Position numbers and translations under genes: made by a program. From assembly GCA_034430795.1 (NCBI GenBank), contig DAOUDJ010000209.1:3762-67761 (forward strand): a stretch of 64,000 nt of DNA, written 5' to 3'. This DNA is from Anaerolineales bacterium (GTDB lineage: Bacteria; Chloroflexota; Anaerolineae; Anaerolineales; E44-bin32). The notes under the pieces were generated by a model, which saw only the letters and a program-made list of their open reading frames with translations, made no database searches and was not told the origin of the DNA. Positions 9,266 to 19,053 of the stretch are shown in pieces; the first letter of the stretch is position 1, and each line of letters starts with the position of its first letter.

Positions 9266-9291
9266 ATCATCTAAACCGTCTACCTATCAAT

Positions 9292-9630
9292 ATGATTACC
9301 CCTGCCGGTCGGGAATGCCCCTACTATTACGAGGACTTCAATCGAGGTCGATCCATTCAGGAATGCCGTCTACTCGAGAATACCCCCGGCGGCGGGGAAT
9401 ACACGCCTGATCTTTGCCAAAAGTGTAAAGTTCCCGGGATTAAGATGGCCAACGCCTGTCCGAATATGGTATTGGAAGCGAAGGTTGAACGCAGCTTCTT
9501 CGGTCTTCGACGACGGATCGAAGCAGCAGCTTTCTGCACGAAAACACTCCGGGATGTGCCCGAACCAGAGATCGGCTGCGGGGAGTGTCACCTCGAATTT
9601 CCGATTTTCAGAACCTCCACGGAGGAATAA
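9292..9630 (+). CDS. hypothetical Cys-rich protein (8 Cys, two CxxC pairs)
   Basis: 112 aa with CQKC and CGEC motifs. Its stop overlaps the next start (TAATG). No clear SD and no family recognised. Confidence 0.45.
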   Translation: MITPAGRECPYYYEDFNRGRSIQECRLLENTPGGGEYTPDLCQKCKVPGIKMANACPNMVLEAKVERSFFGLRRRIEAAAFCTKTLRDVPEPEIGCGECHLEFPIFRTSTEE

Positions 9631-10814
9631 TGCTCAAAACCATCCTTCTTGACCTGGACGATACGCTCCTGGATAACCAGATGGAGAGTTTCCTCCCAGC
9701 CTATTTTCAGCGGTTGGCACACTACATGTCGGACACACACGCTCCAGATGGTTTCATTCGCGAGCTCATCGTCGGCAGCCAGAAAATGCTTGAAAACACC
9801 GATCCCCGAGTAACTCTTGAAAAAACTTTCGCGGATTACTTTTATCCAGCCCTAGATCTCAACGCGAACGAAGTTGAAGCGCAGATATACAGCTTCTACA
9901 AACGAGTCTTCCCATCTTTAAAAGCCGTGACTGGCATACGCCCTTCTGCAAGGCCCGTTGTGGAGAGTCTTCTAGACCAGGGTTTCGAGGTCGTCGTTGC
10001 AACCAACCCTCTCTTTCCGAAGGTTGCGATTGAGGAGCGGCTTCGATGGGCGAATCTGGCACCTGAAGAACTCCCTTTCACATTGATCACAAGCTACGAA
10101 ATCTGCCACTTTACAAAACCCCAGCCAGCCTATTACGCCGAGATCCTCGGCCAATTAGGCCGCAAACCGCATGAGGTTGTGATGGTGGGAAACGACCCCG
10201 GACTCGACCTCGACCCGGCGAAGGCTTTATCCATGCGCGTCTATCATCTTTCAGACGATCCCGGTGACGGGTACCCAGGAGGGAATCTAGACGAGTTGCT
10301 TGTGTGGATAGGGCAGCAACTTAACATCCCCGATCCCGAGGAAATCCGCACCGCGCGGGCGGTCTCCGCCCGATTCCGCGGCCATGCTGGCGCTCTCGCA
10401 ACGCTTGTTCGCGAGTTCACGAATGACGAGTGGAAACGCTCACCAGCGCCGGGTGAATGGGCGCCGGTTGAGATCGTTTGCCATCTACGCGACGTTGAGA
10501 TGGAGGTCAATCGACCACGGCTTGCCGCTTTCTCCGCTGCCGAACCGCCTCATCTAACGGCACAAGACACCGATATCTGGGCGGATGAGCGAGATTACAT
10601 CAGCCAATCTGGACCAGAGGCGTTAAGTGATTTTCTCGAAGCGCGAGTGGCCCTTCTGCAGGAATTGGAGATTCTCAACGAGAATGAATGGAACCGGCCG
10701 GCCCTGCACTCCCTGCTTGGTCCTACCTCTTTGATAGAGGTGATGGGCATCGCAACGGACCATGATCTCCTGCATCTGGCACAGATGCGCGCTACGCTCC
10801 CTAATACCCACTGA
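9630..10814 (+). CDS. HAD-superfamily hydrolase fused to a C-terminal DinB-like domain
   Basis: Starts at the ATG at 9630, after a GGAGGA SD. HAD motif I is LLDLDDTLL, with motif IV-like VMVGNDPGLD. The C-terminal ~150 aa carries His-rich DinB-like segments (VEIVCHLRDVE, ATDHDLLHLAQMR). Confidence 0.7.
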   Translation: MLKTILLDLDDTLLDNQMESFLPAYFQRLAHYMSDTHAPDGFIRELIVGSQKMLENTDPRVTLEKTFADYFYPALDLNANEVEAQIYSFYKRVFPSLKAVTGIRPSARPVVESLLDQGFEVVVATNPLFPKVAIEERLRWANLAPEELPFTLITSYEICHFTKPQPAYYAEILGQLGRKPHEVVMVGNDPGLDLDPAKALSMRVYHLSDDPGDGYPGGNLDELLVWIGQQLNIPDPEEIRTARAVSARFRGHAGALATLVREFTNDEWKRSPAPGEWAPVEIVCHLRDVEMEVNRPRLAAFSAAEPPHLTAQDTDIWADERDYISQSGPEALSDFLEARVALLQELEILNENEWNRPALHSLLGPTSLIEVMGIATDHDLLHLAQMRATLPNTH

Positions 10815-11198
10815 ATCAGCGCTCCATTCGTGGCCTGGTGCACCCATTAATACATCCGCAAGCCCGCACACGGCGGCGCCTTGCCTTAATTCGGTGAAGA
10901 GCTCTCCGCTGAGGAAATGTTGAGGTCAAACATCGTGTTGGGGCGGATTGTACGCCGCCCGTTTGTATGGATCAACGGATAGAACAACGGGCTTTCTAGA
11001 AGAACAAATCGCGATGGATCGATACACGGGTCGATTAATTGGCGGTTAAACCAAGGGTTAGGCGGCGAATCCCTCAGTAGGGGCACATGACTGACCACGT
11101 GTGTTTCTGGGCAGGTTTGCCCCCGACTGGAGAATCATTTCACCCTCTCTCACCCCACCTTTACACTCCTTCGGGCGAAAGTTATAATCCTTCAAGTG

Positions 11199-11280
11199 GG
11201 GGAAGTGCTGGAATTGGCAGACAGGCGTGACTTAGGATCACGTGCCCTCGGGCGTGTGGGTTCAAATCCCACCTTCCCCA
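11199..11280 (+). tRNA. tRNA-Leu, anticodon UAG
   Basis: The 82-nt sequence folds into a cloverleaf by hand. Acceptor stem GGGGAAG/CTTCCCC. Anticodon arm CGTGA-CTTAGGA-TCACG. Long variable arm TGCCCTCGGGCGT. T arm GTGGG-TTCAAAT-CCCAC. Discriminator base A. CCA is not encoded. Confidence 0.9.
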
Positions 11281-11373
11281 CTGTGGATCGTTCGATTGCT
11301 TCGGTCTCACGTGGAAGATCGAGCCATCAATTTTCCCCCGAAAATATTCAAAACTGCCAGGAAGGAACGTATA

Positions 11374-12780
11374 TTGAAAATCGAAAGACAGGACCTGGAA
11401 AACCGCCAAGTTGAACTTCAAATTGAAGTCGCTTCGGACCAGCTTCACACAGCAATGCGCTCCGCCGCACGACGTCTCAGCCAAGGGACCAAGATTCCCG
11501 GGTTTCGTCCTGGGAAGGCGCCCTACGAGGTTGTCGTGGGCAAATTCGGCGAAGATGTTGTCTTCGAAGAAGCGCTGGACAGCCTCGGCCAGGAAATCTA
11601 TCGTGACGCGCTCGAAGAATCCGAGATCGAACCCTACGCTCCCGGCGCGCTTGAGGAAGTCATCCGTGAAGACCCGCTCAAACTTCGCTATACGGTGCCC
11701 CTCGCGCCTGAGGTCGATCTAGGCGCATATCGGGATATTAGAATCCCCTTTGAAGGCGCGGAAGTCACAGATGAAGCTTTTGAAGAGGCACTGGAAGGAA
11801 TTCGCCAGCGACAGGCATTGATTGAACCTGTCGATCGCCCTGCCGAAGAAACGGATTTAGTGATCATAGATTTATCCGGCGAACTTCTTGATCCAGAGGA
11901 TGAGGAAGACGCAAAATTAATCGACATGAAGGACATCTCCGTCCTGGTCGACCCGGAAACTGATGTCCCCACCCCTGGCGTTATGGAGCATCTTTTAGGA
12001 TTAGCTGCCGGGGATGAAAAATTTTACGAGTATACCTTTGCCGACGACCATCCTACTGAAGATCTGCGAAATCGCGCAGCCAGGTTTGACATCAAGTGCC
12101 TGGAAGTGAAATCCCGCCTTATCCCGGATTGGTCAGATGACCTGGCGCAAAATCTGGGCGATTTTGAAAGTTTGCTGGATCTGCGAGTGAAACTTCGCGA
12201 GAATCTTCAGGAACAGGCAGAAACTGAGGCGGAAAAACAACACCGGGACGAAATCATGCAGAAACTCGTTGAAGGAGCTTCTGTGGATTATCCCCCCATC
12301 GTCCTTCAGGAAGAGACCGGGCATCTCATACAAGATCTCCGTATGCGTCTGAGCAACCAAAACTTAGCGCTCGAGGATTATTTAACAATCGAAGGAAAGA
12401 CAGAAGAAGATCTCCGCACTGAGCTGGAGCCTGAAGCAACGGAGCGTATTAAGCGCGGCCTTGTGTTAAGCAAGCTTGTCGACGTTGAAGAACTGAAGGT
12501 AGAAGATGAAGAAATTGAAGCCGGGATCAAGCGCCTTATCGAACCCTTGGGAGCGGATGCGGATAAACGACTTCTTGAAGCTTTCGAATCACCCGCAGGC
12601 CGCCAGCGTATTGCAATGGATATTCTCACCGATAAAGCAATACGCCGAATAGTCGCAATCGCCAGAGATGAACCAGAAGAACAGGATGTATCTACTATAG
12701 AAGTTATTAGCAAAGAAGAGAATAATGGTATGGATTCTGCACCTGAGGTCTCAGGCGCAGATGACATGAAAAAGGAGTAA
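11374..12780 (+). CDS. tig: trigger factor (ribosome-associated PPIase chaperone) with acidic C-terminal tail
   Basis: The track ORF (from 11242) overlaps the tRNA, so I trimmed it to the TTG at 11374, which follows GGAAGGA. The N-terminus ([18 protein letters not shown]...[11 protein letters not shown]) is typical of trigger factor, and the tig-clpP-clpX order is the standard one. Confidence 0.88.
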   Translation: MKIERQDLENRQVELQIEVASDQLHTAMRSAARRLSQGTKIPGFRPGKAPYEVVVGKFGEDVVFEEALDSLGQEIYRDALEESEIEPYAPGALEEVIREDPLKLRYTVPLAPEVDLGAYRDIRIPFEGAEVTDEAFEEALEGIRQRQALIEPVDRPAEETDLVIIDLSGELLDPEDEEDAKLIDMKDISVLVDPETDVPTPGVMEHLLGLAAGDEKFYEYTFADDHPTEDLRNRAARFDIKCLEVKSRLIPDWSDDLAQNLGDFESLLDLRVKLRENLQEQAETEAEKQHRDEIMQKLVEGASVDYPPIVLQEETGHLIQDLRMRLSNQNLALEDYLTIEGKTEEDLRTELEPEATERIKRGLVLSKLVDVEELKVEDEEIEAGIKRLIEPLGADADKRLLEAFESPAGRQRIAMDILTDKAIRRIVAIARDEPEEQDVSTIEVISKEENNGMDSAPEVSGADDMKKE

Positions 12781-12790
12781 GTACCCAATC

Positions 12791-13420
12791 ATGGACGGAA
12801 AAGATCCGCGTTCAATAATTCCGATGGTAATCGAATCGAGCGGGCGTGGCGAGCGCGCCTATGATATTTACTCGCTGCTCTTGCGCGAACGCATCATTTT
12901 TCTTGGCACACCGATCAGTGATCAGGTGTCCAACCTGATGGTCGCACAACTGTTGTTCCTCGATCGAGAGGATCCCGATCGACAGATTAACATGTATATT
13001 AATTGCCCTGGTGGTCAGATTTATTCCGGTCTAGCGATCTATGACACCATGCTGCAGGTCCGTGCGCCGATTTCTACAGTCGCGGTAGGCGTGACTGCTT
13101 CCTTTGGTACGGTTCTGTTAGCCGCAGGCACGAAAGGGAAACGCTACGCCCTGCCCCACGCAACGATCCACCTACACCAACCCTTGAGCAGCGCGCAAGG
13201 CCAGGCGACGGATATCGAGATCCAGGCGAAAGAGATCTTGCGTTTACGCGCAGAATTGAATAACATAATCGTGTACCATACCGGTCAATCTCTGGAAGAT
13301 ATCGAGCGTGATACAGAGCGCGATTTCTATATGACTGGAAAGGAGGCGCAAGAATACGGCCTCATCGACCATATCCTCGAGCCCTATGAAGACGAGGAAA
13401 AAGAGAAAAAAGAGAAGTAG
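12791..13420 (+). CDS. clpP: ATP-dependent Clp protease proteolytic subunit
   Basis: 209 aa. Ser ([11 protein letters not shown]), His (IHLHQP) and Asp (ERDFYM) triad contexts are all present. Confidence 0.95.
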   Translation: MDGKDPRSIIPMVIESSGRGERAYDIYSLLLRERIIFLGTPISDQVSNLMVAQLLFLDREDPDRQINMYINCPGGQIYSGLAIYDTMLQVRAPISTVAVGVTASFGTVLLAAGTKGKRYALPHATIHLHQPLSSAQGQATDIEIQAKEILRLRAELNNIIVYHTGQSLEDIERDTERDFYMTGKEAQEYGLIDHILEPYEDEEKEKKEK

Positions 13421-13431
13421 AAGTCTAAGTT

Positions 13432-14736
13432 ATGCCAAAGAAACAGGAACCACAAGTACCTGAGACACGGCGATGCTCCTTCTGCAGCCGAGATGAGGAG
13501 ACAATCCATCGCCTTATTGCCGGTCCTGAAGGCGTCTTCATCTGCAATGAATGTGTCGACCTCTGCCAGGATATCTTAGAGGGCGAAGGAGCTCGGCCAT
13601 CTAGTGGTCTTACTTCTTCCGGTAAGCCATCCCGATCCCCTCGAGAAATCTTCGACAATCTTGAGGAATACGTCGTTAGCCAGGAGCACGCAAAGCGCGT
13701 GCTTTCCGTGGCTGTATACAACCATTACAAACGTATCGCCAACCGCGGCCACCACGATGTAGAATTGGATAAGGCGAATATTCTGCTCGTTGGCCCCACA
13801 GGAAGCGGGAAAACGCTTCTCGGACAGACCTTAGCCCGCAGTCTAGATGTCCCCTTCTGCATCGCGGACGCGACGGCGCTCACAGAGGCTGGCTATGTCG
13901 GCGAAGATGTAGAGAATATCCTCCTGCGACTGCTGCAGGCTTCCGAGTTCAACGTTCGACGCGCCGAACGCGGCATCGTTTATATCGATGAAATCGATAA
14001 AACCGCCCGCAAAAGCGGCGATAATCCGAGCATCACCCGCGACGTTTCTGGCGAGGGCGTCCAGCAGGCGCTCCTGAAGATCATCGAGGGTGCGGTTGTG
14101 AACGTCCCACCGCAAGGGGGGCGGAAGCATCCACAGCAGGAGTTCATACAGGTCGATACCTCCGATGTTCTTTTTATCTGTGGCGGCACTTTCGACGGGC
14201 TGGCGGATATCGTCGCCGAGCGCGTGGGGCACCGCGGCAGAATGGGTTTCGCCGGTGCAGTCACGGACTCGCTGGCGCAAAAACTCGAGGAAAGCGCCCT
14301 TCTACGCCTGGTCATACCAGATGATCTGATGCGGTTCGGGATGATCCCAGAAATCGTCGGTCGTCTACCAGTTGTAACAAATGTTGATCCCCTCGATGCA
14401 GAAGCGCTGCGCGCCATCCTGACCGAACCGCGCAATGCACTCGTCTTGCAGTACAAACGCCTGCTCGAGATGGACAAGGTGGAGCTCGAATTCACCGAAG
14501 AAGCGCTCACTGCAGCCGCCCAGCTCGCTCTCGAACGAGAGACAGGGGCGCGCGGTCTACGTGCAATCATCGAAGGTGCTCTGCTCGACGTGATGTACGA
14601 CATCCCTTCCTGCCCAGATATCAGCAGAGTTCTGGTTGACGAACAGGCGATTCACCGAACGGGAAAACCTCATCTGTACGATACAAACGGGGAGGAACTC
14701 TCGATCAGCGATAAGAGCCTGCCCGACGCCGCTTGA
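13432..14736 (+). CDS. clpX: ATP-dependent Clp protease ATP-binding subunit ClpX
   Basis: 434 aa. Zinc ribbon CSFCS..CNEC, Walker A GPTGSGKT, Walker [10 protein letters not shown]. Confidence 0.95.
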   Translation: MPKKQEPQVPETRRCSFCSRDEETIHRLIAGPEGVFICNECVDLCQDILEGEGARPSSGLTSSGKPSRSPREIFDNLEEYVVSQEHAKRVLSVAVYNHYKRIANRGHHDVELDKANILLVGPTGSGKTLLGQTLARSLDVPFCIADATALTEAGYVGEDVENILLRLLQASEFNVRRAERGIVYIDEIDKTARKSGDNPSITRDVSGEGVQQALLKIIEGAVVNVPPQGGRKHPQQEFIQVDTSDVLFICGGTFDGLADIVAERVGHRGRMGFAGAVTDSLAQKLEESALLRLVIPDDLMRFGMIPEIVGRLPVVTNVDPLDAEALRAILTEPRNALVLQYKRLLEMDKVELEFTEEALTAAAQLALERETGARGLRAIIEGALLDVMYDIPSCPDISRVLVDEQAIHRTGKPHLYDTNGEELSISDKSLPDAA

Positions 14737-14764
14737 TCCAATTCGCTCTCTCAGGTAATACAAC

Positions 14765-15637
14765 GTGAATAGACTAGCCACTTTCTCAATCGTTGCTTAC
14801 GATGCAACTATGGATGCTTTGGGAATCGCCGTCGCCTCAAAATTCCCGGCCGTCGGTGCAGTCGTACCTTGGGCTCAAGTAGGTGCAGGTGCTGTCGCAA
14901 CTCAATCGCATGCCAACACAACCTTCGGCCCAAGAGGCTTGGAACTCATGACGAAGGGCCGCTCTGCCCAGAATGTTTTGAAGGATTTACTTGCGAATGA
15001 CGAAGAGCGAGAGCTTCGACAGGTAGGGATCGTCGATGCACAAGGTCGCACAGCCACATTCACAGGCGCAGATTGCTTCGAATGGGCCGGTGGAAAAACC
15101 GGTGCGAATTACTGCGTTCAGGGAAATATACTCACCGGTCCAGAAGTGATCGATCAGATGGCTTCCGCGTTTGAGGACTCAAAGAAAGACCTTCCCGAAC
15201 GCTTGCTCAAAGCGTTGCTTGCCGCTGATCAGGCAGGGGGTGACCGCCGCGGGAAACAGAGCGCGGCGATTTACGTCGTAAAACCCGAGGGTGGATATGG
15301 GGGCTTCAACGACCGCTGGATCGATTATCGTGTCGACGATCACGAAGATCCAGTCCCGCGGCTGATGGAGATCCTCGGACTTCATAGCCTGTACTTCGGG
15401 AAGAGCCCAGCTGAAGAGGAGCTTGATATCGACGGCGCAGTCTGCGAAGCCCTACAGCAAATAATGCGGGATCTGGGGTATGAGATTGATGAAATCACAG
15501 GGAACTATGATCACAAAACCCAGACCGCGCTCCGCCGGTTCATCGGCAATGAGAACTTCGAAGAGCGCACGGCGTTTGAAAAGGGGCGCATTGATCAACC
15601 GGTATATGAATACCTGCTAAAGAAATTCCGCGGCTGA
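14765..15637 (+). CDS. DUF1028-family (Ntn-hydrolase-like) protein with C-terminal peptidoglycan-binding-like repeat
   Basis: 290 aa with a GTG start. The N-terminus (TFSIVAYDATMDALGIAVASKFPAVGAVVPWA) is typical of DUF1028. The C-terminus (LGYEIDEITGNYDHKTQTALRRFIGNENF) resembles PG_binding_1. Confidence 0.7.
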   Translation: MNRLATFSIVAYDATMDALGIAVASKFPAVGAVVPWAQVGAGAVATQSHANTTFGPRGLELMTKGRSAQNVLKDLLANDEERELRQVGIVDAQGRTATFTGADCFEWAGGKTGANYCVQGNILTGPEVIDQMASAFEDSKKDLPERLLKALLAADQAGGDRRGKQSAAIYVVKPEGGYGGFNDRWIDYRVDDHEDPVPRLMEILGLHSLYFGKSPAEEELDIDGAVCEALQQIMRDLGYEIDEITGNYDHKTQTALRRFIGNENFEERTAFEKGRIDQPVYEYLLKKFRG

Positions 15638-15724
15638 TTTCAAGAGATCGCTGCGGAAAGACCTACGACTTCGCTCGACGCTTCAAACAGGGACCATCAC
15701 AATGCTCTTCCTGAGGCAGTAAAT

Positions 15725-16528
15725 ATGAAACAACTGTCGGACATCAAAGGTCTGATCATTGATTTGGACGGCGTGCTTTGGCGCGGCCGGACTTTTCTGG
15801 AGGGCGTACCCGAATTCTTTTCATTCCTGCGGACCAACTCCATGCCGCTATTGCTGGTCACAAACAACTCCACCGCCACACCAAAGAGTGTGGCTGATCG
15901 CCTGGAAGGTGCTGGTGTGCAGATCAACCCGGCTGAGGTTTTAATCTCCTCACAGGCAACCGCAGTTTACTTGCAGCATAGATTCCCCTCTGGAACCACG
16001 ATTTACGCCATCGGTGAAGATGCGCTGAAGGACACGTTATCTGCTGCAGGATTTAACCTTCATGACACAGCGGATGGTGTGCAAGCTGTCGTAATGGGCT
16101 TCGATCGAGAGATCAACTGGGTGAAAATGGTTGAAGCTGCAATTGCCATTCAATCAGGGGCGCTTTTCATCGCAACCAACCCGGATCTGAGCTTTCCAAT
16201 CGAGCGCGGGCAGGCTCCTGGCGCAGGCGCTTTCATCGCGGCCGTTCAGCTCACAACAGGCGTAGAACCGATCATCATCGGCAAGCCGGAACCCCGCCTT
16301 TTTGACCTCGCCAGAGAACGCCTGGGTCTAAAAGCCGAACAGATCCTCGCCATCGGCGACCGGCTAGAGACCGACATCCTCGGCGCCCAACGTGCTGGAA
16401 TAACAACTGGCTTGCTCCTCACCGGGGTGACATCGAGTGACCAGGCGGAAGCATCGGCGATCAAACCCGATTGGATCTTTGATGACCTGCCATCCCTCAC
16501 CCGTGAGCTCATGAGGTCACACGAGTGA
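15725..16528 (+). CDS. HAD-IIA family sugar-phosphate phosphatase (NagD-like)
   Basis: 267 aa. Motifs IIDLDGVLWRG, LLVTNNS and GDRLETDILGA. Confidence 0.8.
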   Translation: MKQLSDIKGLIIDLDGVLWRGRTFLEGVPEFFSFLRTNSMPLLLVTNNSTATPKSVADRLEGAGVQINPAEVLISSQATAVYLQHRFPSGTTIYAIGEDALKDTLSAAGFNLHDTADGVQAVVMGFDREINWVKMVEAAIAIQSGALFIATNPDLSFPIERGQAPGAGAFIAAVQLTTGVEPIIIGKPEPRLFDLARERLGLKAEQILAIGDRLETDILGAQRAGITTGLLLTGVTSSDQAEASAIKPDWIFDDLPSLTRELMRSHE

Positions 16529-17577
16529 AACCGAAGCCATTCTTCTTCGACCTAAGCCTCCCCCAGGTGGAGACCCACCTACAGACGCTCGGCGCTGAAC
16601 GCTACCGTGCCCGACAGCTCTGGGAGGGAATGTACAAGAAGTTAGCCCCCTCTCCGCAGAAAATCTCCAATCTCCCCGAAAATCTACGCGAACAGCTGGA
16701 AAGAACGCTCACCTTCTCTGCGTTGACCGTTCAATCAACGCTCAGTTCCCGGGACGGCGAGACAGAGAAGTACCTCTTGGAAGCCCAGGATGGACAGGCA
16801 ATCGAAGTTGTCTTGATGCGTTACCACCACCGCCATACAGCCTGTATCTCCACACAAATCGGATGTGGCATGGGTTGTGTTTTTTGCGCTACGGGTCAGA
16901 TGGGCTTTAAGCGCAACCTAAGCTCGGGCGAAATCATTGAGCAGGTGATCAGTCTTTCCCGGCGACTTGACGCCAACGGCGACCGCCTTTCGAACGTCGT
17001 ACTCATGGGAATGGGCGAACCTTTTCAGAATTACGACGCATCGATGGAGGCGATCGACCGCCTTAACGACCCCGAAGGTTTCAACTTCGGAAAACGTCGT
17101 TTCACAATTTCCACGGTAGGCCTGGTCCCGATGATCGAACGGTTTACAAAAGAACGTCGTCAGGCGAACCTAGCAATCTCGCTGCATGCGGCGACAAACG
17201 CTTTGCGTGAACAGTTGCTGCCGATCAATCGCCGGTATCCGCTGGATGTGTTGATGCCCGCATGCCGATCCTATACGGTGCAGAGTGGACGAAGAATCAC
17301 TTTCGAATGGGCGCTCATTCAAGGGGTAAATGACGGGGATGAACAAGCTGCGGCCTTGGCAGATTGGGTACATAAAATGAACTGCCACATAAATATCATC
17401 CCTCTAAATCCAACCCATGGTTATGAAGGTCAAGCCACGAACCGCGATCAAGTCCTCCGTTTTCAAAATGCCTTAGAGCAGGCTGGAATCGCCACAACGG
17501 TCCGCGTCCGCCGTGGGGTCGATATCCAAGCGGGGTGCGGTCAGTTAGCCGCGGAAAAGCAGAGAAGCGTCTCTTGA
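16525..17577 (+). CDS. rlmN: 23S rRNA/tRNA (adenine-C2)-methyltransferase RlmN (radical SAM)
   Basis: 350 aa. Radical-SAM motif CGMGCVFCATG and the second Cys context QAGCGQL. The GTG start overlaps the upstream stop. Confidence 0.9.
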   Translation: MKPKPFFFDLSLPQVETHLQTLGAERYRARQLWEGMYKKLAPSPQKISNLPENLREQLERTLTFSALTVQSTLSSRDGETEKYLLEAQDGQAIEVVLMRYHHRHTACISTQIGCGMGCVFCATGQMGFKRNLSSGEIIEQVISLSRRLDANGDRLSNVVLMGMGEPFQNYDASMEAIDRLNDPEGFNFGKRRFTISTVGLVPMIERFTKERRQANLAISLHAATNALREQLLPINRRYPLDVLMPACRSYTVQSGRRITFEWALIQGVNDGDEQAAALADWVHKMNCHINIIPLNPTHGYEGQATNRDQVLRFQNALEQAGIATTVRVRRGVDIQAGCGQLAAEKQRSVS

Positions 17578-17643
17578 TAAAGATTCATGCTCTGCCGGAT
17601 AAGCACTTGTCTTGTCAATTCTTAGCCCAAAAGGTATGATTAC

Positions 17644-18324
17644 ATGATGGTCAATAAAAAAATCATCATGCCGTCGATCCTATCGGCGGATTTTTTAAAC
17701 TTGGGTGATGCAATCGCTGAGTGCGTTGCTGCCGGTGCCGATTGGTTTCATCTAGATATCATGGACGGGCACTTCGTTCCCAATATTGCACTTGGTCCAG
17801 GCGTCGTCGGTGCTTGTCGACGGGCAACAGACCTGCCTCTCGATGTTCATCTGATGATTGAAAATCCAGACCAATATTTAGATGCTTTTGCCACAGCTGG
17901 AGCTAATTCAATCAGCGTCCATCATGAGGTCTGCTCTCAGGTACGAAATACGCTCACAACGATCCGGAATATGGGGCTAAATGCCGGTATCGCGATTAGC
18001 CCTGGAACAGCGGTTGATGAGATCAAGGATATCCTCGATCTGGTTGACCTTGTTCTGGTGATGACCGTTCAGCCAGGCTTTGCTGGCCAAAGCTTCATCG
18101 AGAATTCAGCAGAAAAAGTCCGCCGCATGCGCAGCATAATCGACGCAGCTGGTCTGAATACGCACATTCAAGTGGACGGTGGGATCAATTCTAAGACGGC
18201 GCCTGCATGCGCTGAGGCAGGGGCAGATTATTTCGTCGCCGCCAGCGCAATCTTCCAGCATCCAAATGGGATCACGGCTGGAATTCGTGCGTTACAATCT
18301 TCAATTGAGGTGGAATCTAAGTAA
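17644..18324 (+). CDS. rpe: ribulose-phosphate 3-epimerase
   Basis: 226 aa. Motifs PSILSADF, HLDIMDGHFVPN, MTVQPGFAGQ and QVDGGIN. Confidence 0.95.
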   Translation: MMVNKKIIMPSILSADFLNLGDAIAECVAAGADWFHLDIMDGHFVPNIALGPGVVGACRRATDLPLDVHLMIENPDQYLDAFATAGANSISVHHEVCSQVRNTLTTIRNMGLNAGIAISPGTAVDEIKDILDLVDLVLVMTVQPGFAGQSFIENSAEKVRRMRSIIDAAGLNTHIQVDGGINSKTAPACAEAGADYFVAASAIFQHPNGITAGIRALQSSIEVESK

Positions 18325-18332
18325 ACGCAACA

Positions 18333-18351
18333 GGTCGCCTTGAAGGCGACC
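18333..18351. terminator. hairpin between convergent rpe and rpmB
   Basis: ggtcgcc-ttgaa-ggcgacc, a 7-bp stem. The flanking U tracts are weak. Confidence 0.35.
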
Positions 18352-18390
18352 ATGGGTTTCGATTGGAAGTAGTAGGAGGAAGGTATAAGA

Positions 18391-18570
18391 CTAGACGCGG
18401 GCCATCCGTTTGATACACTTCGTACACAGCGTCTTCTGAACCATGCGCCCACCTTCCATTACCTGCACTTTCTGAAGGTTGGGACGAAACTTACGTTTCG
18501 TCGCCTTCATGGAGAAGCTACGGCTCTGCCCGAAACTGGTTTTTTTGCCGCAATTCTCACACTTAGCCAT
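18391..18570 (-). CDS. rpmB: 50S ribosomal protein L28
   Basis: 59 aa, below the ORF-track cutoff. Hand translation gives MAKCENCGKKTSFGQSRSFSMKATKRKFRPNLQKVQVMEGGRMVQKTLCTKCIKRMARV. Confidence 0.9.
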   Translation of the reverse strand: MAKCENCGKKTSFGQSRSFSMKATKRKFRPNLQKVQVMEGGRMVQKTLCTKCIKRMARV

Positions 18571-18678
18571 CTGGAATGCTTCCTTTCAAACGAAATTGTT
18601 TATTTGTGGACCGGCGCAAATGTTACCACAGCTTAGACCGTCCATCAATGCCTAGCACTATGACGGGAGAGAAATCGA

Positions 18679-19035
18679 ATGACCGATGAAAGCAATGTTC
18701 ATGGGCGAATCATCGTCTCACCGAAGGCGATCGCCACAATAGTAGCACAATCCGCTCTGCAGTCGTACGGTGTCGTTGGCATGGCCTCGAAGAATATCGT
18801 CGACGGCATCGCGCAAGCTCTCGTACGCGACCCTCGCCATGGTGTGCAGGTCAGCACGGCTGACGATCAAATTACCATTGATCTGTTTATCATTGTTGAA
18901 TATCAAACCCGAGTTTCTTCCGTCGCAGAGAGTGTCGCCAACATCGTTCACTACCAGGTAGAGAGATCGCTTGGCATGCCTGTCAAGGCGGTGAACGTTC
19001 ACGTTCAAGGCTTGCGGATCAGCAGCAGAGATTAA
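18679..19035 (+). CDS. Asp23/Gls24-family (YloU-like) protein
   Basis: 118 aa. Contains ISPKAIATIVAQSALQSYGVVGM, typical of Asp23. Lies immediately upstream of the DAK2 gene, as in Firmicutes. Confidence 0.85.
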   Translation: MTDESNVHGRIIVSPKAIATIVAQSALQSYGVVGMASKNIVDGIAQALVRDPRHGVQVSTADDQITIDLFIIVEYQTRVSSVAESVANIVHYQVERSLGMPVKAVNVHVQGLRISSRD

Positions 19036-19053
19036 TCGCCAAACGGAGGCTCG

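Noticed and set aside
10815-11198. 384-nt gap before tRNA-Leu (contains 70-aa ORF 10886..11098 and a ggcgg-attgtac-gccgccc hairpin); considered as an sRNA or riboswitch
   Set aside because: I could not match it to any RNA family motif by eye (SRP, 6S, tmRNA, RNase P, or common riboswitch cores). The ORF has no SD and an odd composition. It remains unassigned.
11242-11373. N-terminal 44 codons of the ORF-track trigger factor ORF
   Set aside because: This stretch overlaps the tRNA-Leu gene (11199..11280) and has no trigger-factor similarity. A TTG with an upstream GGAAGGA at 11374 gives a normal N-terminus.
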